This document shows positions 13,838 through 20,000 of a stretch of DNA of 20,000 nucleotides, in pieces. Below the pieces are notes generated by a model. It saw nothing but the letters and a program-made list of their open reading frames with translations. It did no database searches and had not been told where the DNA came from. Numbering within the stretch: position 1 is the stretch's first letter; each line of letters opens with the position of its first letter. Location: contig CAZWDO010000022.1 of the NCBI GenBank assembly GCA_964632485.1, forward strand, positions 45,759-65,758, written 5' to 3'. Origin of the DNA: an uncultured bacterium (GTDB lineage Bacteria; JAGOEH01). The position numbers and the translations under genes were made by a program.

Positions 13838-15826
13838 TTATCGAACTTTTTTCAGCTTGTGGGGAACCGGGGGAATGGAATTCTCGGGTGAAAAATCCTC
13901 TTTCTCAGGAGTTACCTTAGAAGAATTCTCCGCCAGTGCTGGTTTTGTTTCAAGCTGTTCCTCGGTGTTTTTAATCGTTTTTCGCGCGTTTCCGCCTGTT
14001 TCGGAATTCAGCGCCTGCTGCTCATCGGTTGAAAGTATCCTGGAAACCTCAATCAATATAATCATACGCTCATTTTGGTCCATTTTACCGATTCCCTTGA
14101 TGAACTCGGTTTGAAAATCCGCGCTGAGAATATCCGGCGGCGCTTCAATCGCTTGTTTGGACATTCTAAGCACTTCCGAAACTGAATCCACAATAAGACC
14201 CGTCAGTTTATTATTAATATTTACAATGATAACCCGTGTGGCTTCGTCATGCTCTCTCAATTCCATCCCAAAGCGCTTCCGCAGATCGATAGCCGGGATC
14301 ACATTGCCGCGCAAATTAATAACCCCTTCGACAAATTCCGGCACCCGGGGGACGCTGGTAATGTTTTCCAGTCGGTTAATTTCCTGCACCTCCTCAATTT
14401 GCAAACCAAATTCCTCTTGACCCAGCCGGAAGGTCACCAATTGAATCTCTTCATCCTTCAACAGGTTTTCCTCCCGCTTGACTTCGACGTCGTCCGCTTT
14501 TTTATTAACCGTCATATCATCCAGTTCCTTCATTTTAATATCGCTGAGCAGATGATTTTCATCCAACAGCAAAATAAGCCGTTTACCTTCATTCAGCTTG
14601 ACAATGCCGTTAAGATTTTCTGTTTGATCGCAGCTTCCCAGTATTGTAGGCGGGGGATCGATATTACTTTCCAGAATACGGATCACTTGTTGCATTCGGT
14701 CAACCAGGATGCCAACGGGCATTTTATTGATTTCAACCACCAGAACCCGTTGATCTTCACGGATTTCCTTTTTGATTGCTTCTTTAAGCTCACTAAATTT
14801 TAACAGAATCTGATTAGAAATAGTCACGATTTCTTTTTCATAGACAGCCATGGTTTCAGCGCGGGAATTCAAATGATAATTGGCGATTATCTCCCGCGCT
14901 TTAAGCATCTGTTTTTGATTGATAAAACGAATGTCCTGGATCACCTTGGCAATCAATTCACTGGAGGTGCGAAAACTTTCAATCCATCTCCCAGTTTCGT
15001 TTTTATCCGCATTGAGGATACCGCCGAAACTGGTTTGGGATTCAACGGCATGGCGATACGAATCGAGCCAATAGTTATGTTCTTTTTCTAAGGAGACGAT
15101 TTCGTCTTGAATATCGTCAATGTAAGAAGAGATGTCGAATAGTTTACGGATATCGATGACCGGCAGCAGAGTATTGCGAATACAGAAGATGCCCATGACA
15201 TAATCGGGGGCTTCGGGGACCTCTGTAATACGTTCCACGCGAAGGACTTCGCGGACGGATTCTATGGGAAATCCATATTCCTCCCCGGCGGTGAGAAATG
15301 TTACCAATTGAATTTCTTTTGCGGCGGTTTTCACAGTTTGATTATAATCGCTCGTTTTAGCCGATGACAAGGAAGCGCTTGTGTCAACCGTAATAGCGCA
15401 CAGGGCATCCACGTCCAATTCGAGAATCATCTTCTCACCGTTAGCCGTTTTAATGACAGACTGAACATATTTAACATCCACACCCGAGGAGAGTATTGGC
15501 GGTGGGGCTTCCACGTTGGTATTTTCCATGCTGATAACACCCTTTACCGAATCGACAATCACCCCGGCGGTTGAAATTCCGGTATCGAGGATCAGTACGC
15601 GGGTGCTATCAGTAATGTCCGCTTTCTCAAGTCCCAGTCGGCTGCGGGCATCAATGACGGGTAGCACATTGCCGCGCAGATTGGCTAATCCGTTGAGATA
15701 ATAGGGAGCTCGTGGCACATGGGTAATTCTGGGGTAGCGGACAATCTCCTTGATTTTATTGATGCCGATCCCAAACAACTCTTCGCCAATGCGAAAAGTT
15801 GCAGTCTGAGAGTTAGTATTGGCCAT
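13838..15826 (-). CDS. cheW: Triple-domain CheW; the second domain carries a ~125 aa CZB-like insertion
   Basis: 662 aa. Three CheW repeats: ATFRIGEELFG..GLANLRGNVLPVID; LVTFLTAGEEYG..GIFCIRNTLLPVID; LVTFRLGQEEFG..GVINLRGNVIPAID. Each later has GxxVDxV/M. Confidence 0.92.
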   Translation of the reverse strand: MANTNSQTATFRIGEELFGIGINKIKEIVRYPRITHVPRAPYYLNGLANLRGNVLPVIDARSRLGLEKADITDSTRVLILDTGISTAGVIVDSVKGVISMENTNVEAPPPILSSGVDVKYVQSVIKTANGEKMILELDVDALCAITVDTSASLSSAKTSDYNQTVKTAAKEIQLVTFLTAGEEYGFPIESVREVLRVERITEVPEAPDYVMGIFCIRNTLLPVIDIRKLFDISSYIDDIQDEIVSLEKEHNYWLDSYRHAVESQTSFGGILNADKNETGRWIESFRTSSELIAKVIQDIRFINQKQMLKAREIIANYHLNSRAETMAVYEKEIVTISNQILLKFSELKEAIKKEIREDQRVLVVEINKMPVGILVDRMQQVIRILESNIDPPPTILGSCDQTENLNGIVKLNEGKRLILLLDENHLLSDIKMKELDDMTVNKKADDVEVKREENLLKDEEIQLVTFRLGQEEFGLQIEEVQEINRLENITSVPRVPEFVEGVINLRGNVIPAIDLRKRFGMELREHDEATRVIIVNINNKLTGLIVDSVSEVLRMSKQAIEAPPDILSADFQTEFIKGIGKMDQNERMIILIEVSRILSTDEQQALNSETGGNARKTIKNTEEQLETKPALAENSSKVTPEKEDFSPENSIPPVPHKLKKVR

Positions 15827-15840
15827 AATTTCTCCCTGGT

Positions 15841-17805
15841 TTAATTGCTCTGTAGTTCATCAGCCAGGGAAGAAATCTCTTCGATAGCTTGAGATAATTC
15901 CTGTAATCCTTTGGCTTGTTCTTCCGCGGCGGAAGCGGCTTGACTGACAGATTTGGCTGCTTCTTCGGCGGCCGCGCCGATTTGATCCACGCCTTTTTTC
16001 GATTGTTCAATGGCGGATAATGATTCACGGGCATTCTGCAGGATCTCGTCCATCGATTTACCGACAACCAACATATCGTTTTCAATTTTTATGAGATTGG
16101 AAGAAGAGATTTTTGCCCGTTCCGTTTCCGACAAAGCCGTACGCGCCGCCAGTTCAACGTCCTGGGTATTTTTAGAGACCTGGAACTGGAGTGAGCGGAC
16201 GAGGTCCTTGATTTTATCAGCATTTTCCGCTGACTCAGTGGCCAGGTTACGAATATCGCCGGCAACCACTGAAAAACCGCGGCCGTGTTCCCCTGCTCGC
16301 GCCGCCTCAATGGAACCGCTGACTGCCAACATATTGGTTTGAATTGTGACATTCATAATCGCTTCTACAATCTTGTCAATCTTCTGGGTTTTTTCATCCA
16401 ACTGTCGGATATTTTCGGCAGCTTTCAAATTTTCGTTCCCGGCGCGGGTTATATTGATGATAAACTGATCCACTCCAGTTTTATTTTCACCCAATATCAC
16501 TTTTATGCTTTCACTCTGTTTGAGCATATCAGTGGAATTGCCCTCAACCTGCCGGGCAACGGTAGCGATCGAATCCGACATTTGCATACCGTTGCTGGCC
16601 TCTTTGGATTGTATGCCTGTCGCAGTACTGATCTGCTCGATGGCTTTAGCCAATTCCTGTGAAGCCGATGTGGCTTCCTCGACGTTGGCCGATAATTGTT
16701 CGGACATTGAGGCCAGTTCCTCGGCTGATTTCTGAACATCTGTGGAATTCTTCAATTCCTCGGCGGTTTGCGCCAAATCCTGGGCTGCTGTCGTCATCTC
16801 CGAAAAAGCCTTGATTTGCTGTTCGGTGCCTTTTCGAGATTCCTCAGCGCTGGAGGTTAATTCCTCGGAAGCGGTAGCTACTGCTTCGGCCATTTTCAAA
16901 AAATCTTTTGATTCGCCCAGTATTTTTTGAACGCCACCCTCCATTTCACGGGATATTTTCTGAAATTTGTCCATACTGGCGCCAATAGTTGCCAGGTCAA
17001 CACTAATCTTCTTGCCTTTTTCCGATTCGTCCTTAGCATTTTTACCGATATTGTTAATTTCAGCTACTACATTACGGACGGAGGACTGAATTTCTGCGAC
17101 CACATCCTTGATTTCGCGGGCGCTGCGTTCTGAGATTTCGGCAAGATTGCGCACTTCATCGGCAACCACGGCAAAACCGCGGCCATGTTCTCCGGCCCGC
17201 GCGGCTTCAATAGCTGCATTCAAGGCCAGTAAATTGGTTTGATCCGCAATTCGTACCACAGCCTGTACAATATTTCCGATCTCCTCGGATTGCCGTTCCA
17301 ACTGAACCATGAGTCTGGCGGTATCAAGCGCTGCATCAGCGGATGTGTTGACACCGGCAATGACGGAATCAACTCCTGTAATTGTTTCCCCGACCAAAGC
17401 TTTCAATTGATTTACTTTACTCAGTATATCCGCTGAAAGAGTGGCATTCACTTGGGCATTTTTTTCGATTTGGACAATTGCAGCCCTGGATTCCTCAGAT
17501 GCGCTGCTTGCCTCTTCCGCGCCGGAGGCAATCTGTTCCATCGAGCGATTCAGTTCCTCCGCCGCGCCGCTGCTTTCCTCGATTCCGCTGGATAACTGCT
17601 CCGTCGCTGTTGCGATTCTTTCAGCGATCTGCTGCTGTTTCGCCAAGGTCTTAGCTCGTGTTTTTTCCTGGGCAATGCGCTTGGCTTCTTCACGTTTTAG
17701 CGTGAATTCATCCATTTTCAGGTCATCATTTTCCACCGTGGCTCTGTATCCTGAGCCAGATTTCGCTAACCCCTTTCCGGATAATCCTTTTTTCCTAATT
17801 TCCAT
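15841..17805 (-). CDS. Soluble methyl-accepting chemotaxis protein with two signalling domains (DosM/F9-type)
   Basis: 654 aa, no TM, no sensor domain. Tip 1 [37 protein letters not shown]; tip 2 [37 protein letters not shown], exactly 300 aa apart. Many (A/S)xxEE/EQ/QE methylation-like sites; SD AGGAGG. Confidence 0.92.
   Translation of the reverse strand: MEIRKKGLSGKGLAKSGSGYRATVENDDLKMDEFTLKREEAKRIAQEKTRAKTLAKQQQIAERIATATEQLSSGIEESSGAAEELNRSMEQIASGAEEASSASEESRAAIVQIEKNAQVNATLSADILSKVNQLKALVGETITGVDSVIAGVNTSADAALDTARLMVQLERQSEEIGNIVQAVVRIADQTNLLALNAAIEAARAGEHGRGFAVVADEVRNLAEISERSAREIKDVVAEIQSSVRNVVAEINNIGKNAKDESEKGKKISVDLATIGASMDKFQKISREMEGGVQKILGESKDFLKMAEAVATASEELTSSAEESRKGTEQQIKAFSEMTTAAQDLAQTAEELKNSTDVQKSAEELASMSEQLSANVEEATSASQELAKAIEQISTATGIQSKEASNGMQMSDSIATVARQVEGNSTDMLKQSESIKVILGENKTGVDQFIINITRAGNENLKAAENIRQLDEKTQKIDKIVEAIMNVTIQTNMLAVSGSIEAARAGEHGRGFSVVAGDIRNLATESAENADKIKDLVRSLQFQVSKNTQDVELAARTALSETERAKISSSNLIKIENDMLVVGKSMDEILQNARESLSAIEQSKKGVDQIGAAAEEAAKSVSQAASAAEEQAKGLQELSQAIEEISSLADELQSN
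16261..17210. repeat. Internal duplication within the MCP gene (two tip-coding segments 900 nt apart)
   Basis: 16261-16310 and 17161-17210 match at 42 of 50 nt (GGCAACCAC.G.AAAACCGCGGCC.TGTTC...), counted by eye. Confidence 0.85.
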
Positions 17806-17830
17806 AATTTCCCTCCTTGAGGGTTAAATG

Positions 17831-18271
17831 TTAATTCAGCGCGTCCAGGTTCTCTTTCAGGGTTGTGTCATCCGGAAACGCTTTTCTTCCATATCGGAGT
17901 ATCATCTTCGCATCAGAAATGCGATTCGATTCCGCGTATAAAATCGCCAGATTATTGATAGCTTTGGAATTGTTGTGGATGCTGTTCGATAAACGATAAC
18001 AATATACCGCCTCCTCGCGGTATGAAGCATCCTCCAGCTTTAATCCGATGGTGAAAAAGAGTTCGGATAAATCTTCATGATGATAAAAAATGTCACTAAT
18101 AAAACTCTCCATATAATTAACGATTTGCTCGTTTTCCATTTTTTCCAAATCCTGATAACATTGATTCATACGTTCTGTGAATAGATTTTTTAAAAGATCG
18201 ATATTATCTTCAATCAAGAGATTTTGACGAATAAAATCCTGTAGAGTAATTCCATAGGTTGGTGTTTTCAT
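17831..18271 (-). CDS. Small hypothetical protein with C-terminal TPR-like repeats
   Basis: Probable start ATG 18271 (SD AAGGAG), 146 aa. ELFFTIGLKL..YREEAVYCYRLS and KAINNLAILYAESNRISDAKMILRYGRKAFPDD fit the TPR pattern. Confidence 0.65.
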   Translation of the reverse strand: MKTPTYGITLQDFIRQNLLIEDNIDLLKNLFTERMNQCYQDLEKMENEQIVNYMESFISDIFYHHEDLSELFFTIGLKLEDASYREEAVYCYRLSNSIHNNSKAINNLAILYAESNRISDAKMILRYGRKAFPDDTTLKENLDALN

Positions 18272-18299
18272 CGTGATACTCCTTCTTTCGATAGGGCGC

Positions 18300-19040
18300 T
18301 CAGGAAAGAATGTGTTGAGCAAGATTTAAAAAATCTTCGGAAGCCCGGGTATGTGGCGAATAAAGAATTACCGGCAACTGGTTCCAGGCTGAATCGGCAA
18401 TTTTAACATCTTGGCGGATTCCAGTTTGCAATAATTTGTCGTTGAATATCTTCTCCAATTGAGCACAGACTCCCGCCGCATGATTGGTACGCATGCCGGT
18501 CATAACTGGGATCACCGCTGTCAGTTTTAAATCCGGATTTATTTTTTTTGATATTTTCACCAGCAAACCGATTAGTTCCGCCAATCCTTCCATTGCTAAA
18601 AATTGTAAGGGCAGTGGAATCATAAGTTCAGTCGAAAAAGACAGGGAGAATATAAGAATGTCCTCGCGGGAGGGAGGGGTATCGATCAATATAAAATCAT
18701 ATAAATCGGCTACCGGATCGATAAAATTCCGGAAATCTCTTTGCAAGCCGTACATCACATAGGGTTCATCCTTATGATAAGAGGGAATGATATCATATAA
18801 TCCTTGCGGTCCCTGAACAATTGCCTCAGTCAGAGGAAATGATTTTCGGATAACCGATCCGATTCCCCGTTTTTTTTCATAGGTGTCGATACCCGATATC
18901 AGCGTCGCATGACTTTGCGGGTCCAAATCCATAATCAATACCCGCTGACCCAGTTTACCCAATACCGCTCCCAGGTTGACGACAACAGTAGTTTTTCCGC
19001 TGCCGCCCTTCTTGTTCGCAAATGTAATGATTCTGGCCAT
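18300..19040 (-). CDS. parA: ParA/Soj-family ATPase (orphan; PpfA/ParC-like chemoreceptor-array partitioning candidate)
   Basis: 246 aa. Deviant Walker A NKKGGSGKTT, DLDPQ, YDFILIDTPP, FLAMEGL, MRTN, IRQDVKIADS, YSPHTRASEDF. No parB in the window. Confidence 0.9.
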   Translation of the reverse strand: MARIITFANKKGGSGKTTVVVNLGAVLGKLGQRVLIMDLDPQSHATLISGIDTYEKKRGIGSVIRKSFPLTEAIVQGPQGLYDIIPSYHKDEPYVMYGLQRDFRNFIDPVADLYDFILIDTPPSREDILIFSLSFSTELMIPLPLQFLAMEGLAELIGLLVKISKKINPDLKLTAVIPVMTGMRTNHAAGVCAQLEKIFNDKLLQTGIRQDVKIADSAWNQLPVILYSPHTRASEDFLNLAQHILS

Positions 19041-19053
19041 TTGTTTTCCTTTA

Positions 19054-19482
19054 TTATATGGCTTGCAGGCCCTGTTTGGTTGGGTGCTCGTTTGCTTTTT
19101 GTAACCGTTTGTTCAATATCATGTTGATCTTTGACAATAACTCCTCGGGAGCGAATGGCTTTTCAATATACTCACAGTCGATCTGCCTGATTTTAGCTTC
19201 TATTTCCGAACTTACAAAACCCGTAATGATCAGGATCGAAATTGGGTATTTCTGCCGATGTATCTGTTCGATCAATTCGAATCCAGTTTTTCCGGTCATT
19301 TGAATATCGGTAATCGCTAAATCCACTGGTTCATCAATCTGTTGGCTCCTGACAATATAATTCCAGGCGCTTTCACAATTATCAGCCGTTTCCACTTCAA
19401 AACACAATCCTTTTAAAATGAAACGCAAGGCGCTGACAATATATAATTCATCATCGATAATCAGGATTTTAGTTTTCTTCAT
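19054..19482 (-). CDS. Single-domain response regulator (REC), first gene of the operon
   Basis: 142 aa. ILIIDDE, ITDIQM, IITG, YIEKPF. Confidence 0.88.
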   Translation of the reverse strand: MKKTKILIIDDELYIVSALRFILKGLCFEVETADNCESAWNYIVRSQQIDEPVDLAITDIQMTGKTGFELIEQIHRQKYPISILIITGFVSSEIEAKIRQIDCEYIEKPFAPEELLSKINMILNKRLQKANEHPTKQGLQAI

Positions 19483-19570
19483 GGCATTAGTTCTTTTAAT
19501 ATCCGGAAACGTTTTGACACGGGCGCTCCAGGGATAAGGTTTGATTTCCTAACAGGGTAAGCATATATAA

Positions 19571-19587
19571 TGCAGGTTTTGTGCCAA
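19571..19587 (-). promoter_or_regulatory. Sigma54 (-24/-12) promoter for the chemosensory operon
   Basis: Minus strand reads TTGGCACAAAACCTGCA: TGGCAC at -24, GG-N10-GC spacing, TGCA at -12. It sits ~90 nt upstream of the first ATG (19482), in the correct orientation. Confidence 0.8.
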
Positions 19588-19641
19588 TATTATAATATAT
19601 TGAACAATAACAAGTTATAAAATTTTATCATTTTTAGAACC

Positions 19642-19724
19642 GCCACATTTATGACAATTTTCAAGAGTTAATGGTACTAACCCTGCCATTGAAAGGAGGT
19701 TAAAGAAAAAGTCACAAATATGGC
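19642..19724. promoter_or_regulatory. Two 14-bp palindromic boxes (GYCA-N6-TGRC), candidate enhancer (UAS) sites for a sigma54 activator
   Basis: GCCACATTTATGAC (19642-19655) and GTCACAAATATGGC (19711-19724). The reverse complement of box 1 matches box 2 at 12 of 14 nt. They lie at about -82..-95 and -151..-164 from the predicted TSS near 19560. Confidence 0.5.
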
Positions 19725-19807
19725 TATTGCCATAATATAGATTTCCATACGGGCGCCGCTAAACAGTGGCGGCAACAGGCTTCTCAAGAAGAAAGGAGGT
19801 ATCCAAA

Positions 19808-19996
19808 ATGCTCAGTTGGATATTCCATTCCTTGCATAAATCCAATAGGAATAGCTTAAAATTGAGCAAAAATGACCCCGAAGGGTGCTGCGAAAACCCG
19901 AGTGAAGTCAAATGCCGTGTTATCAACTGTGGCAGGGCTATATTAAACATAGATTTTCACGGAAATATAAAGAGCGTAGTATCAGGAGTGGGATAG
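19808..19996 (+). CDS. Putative 62-aa small protein (4 Cys), divergent from the che operon
   Basis: Very strong SD GAAAGGAGGT (19791-19800) 7 nt before ATG 19808; in frame with track ORF 19766..19996. No family recognised. Confidence 0.4.
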   Translation: MLSWIFHSLHKSNRNSLKLSKNDPEGCCENPSEVKCRVINCGRAILNIDFHGNIKSVVSGVG

Positions 19997-20000
19997 GCCA

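Noticed and set aside
466-19303. Numerous 60-184 aa ORFs antisense to or nested in the main genes (e.g. 14249-14803, 13353-13766, 17441-17827, 9351-9740)
   Set aside because: Shadow ORFs of well-supported genes, with no motifs of their own.
19588-19640. IHF binding site between the sigma54 promoter and the candidate UAS boxes
   Set aside because: The best match I found (CAATAACAAGTTA) fits only about 6 of 9 specified positions of WATCAANNNNTTR. Recorded only as an AT-rich spacer.
19660-19800. c-di-GMP, c-di-AMP or fluoride riboswitch in the upstream hairpin-rich region
   Set aside because: I could not find the conserved cores (for example GGCAAAC..GAAA..GACGCAAA of c-di-GMP-I) on either strand.
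19759-19950. 63-aa minus-strand ORF
   Set aside because: No SD, no recognisable motif, an in-frame stop just upstream, and it is antisense to the + strand ORF that has a strong SD.
1-20000. Taxonomic assignment (the REC-PAS-HisKA_2 style is reminiscent of spirochaetes)
   Set aside because: No marker gene in the window, and such signalling genes are widely distributed, so the assignment cannot be supported.

Overview
The window holds two convergent signalling clusters. On the + strand (12-4589) is a three-gene two-component block: a REC-PAS-PAS-HisKA_2 hybrid kinase, a PAS-HisKA kinase and an NtrC-family sigma54 activator. On the - strand (19482 to 4726) is a ~14.8 kb, 14-gene chemosensory operon. 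Its order is REC, parA-like ATPase, TPR protein, soluble chemoreceptor with two signalling tips, triple cheW, cheB, HEAT-repeat protein, cheR, cheY-like, STAS, cheY, cheA, rsbT-like kinase and a soluble MCP-like protein. The core order and the double-tip receptor match class F9 systems (Vibrio cholerae cluster I/DosM type, cytoplasmic arrays), recalled from the literature and not confirmed by search. Five additions stand out: (i) a ParB-like N-terminal peptide on the receptor next to an orphan ParA; (ii) a tandem MshEN-like c-di-GMP motif and 2+1 Hpt domains in CheA; (iii) a degenerate CZB-like domain inserted in CheW domain 2; (iv) an RsbT-like kinase with no stressosome genes in the window, plus a STAS protein carrying a candidate phospho-Thr; (v) a CheZ-like DxxxQ motif in the last receptor-like protein. 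A -24/-12 sigma54 promoter and two palindromic candidate enhancer boxes lie upstream of the operon. I saw no RNA genes, CRISPR arrays or mobile elements. All calls come from reading motifs by eye.
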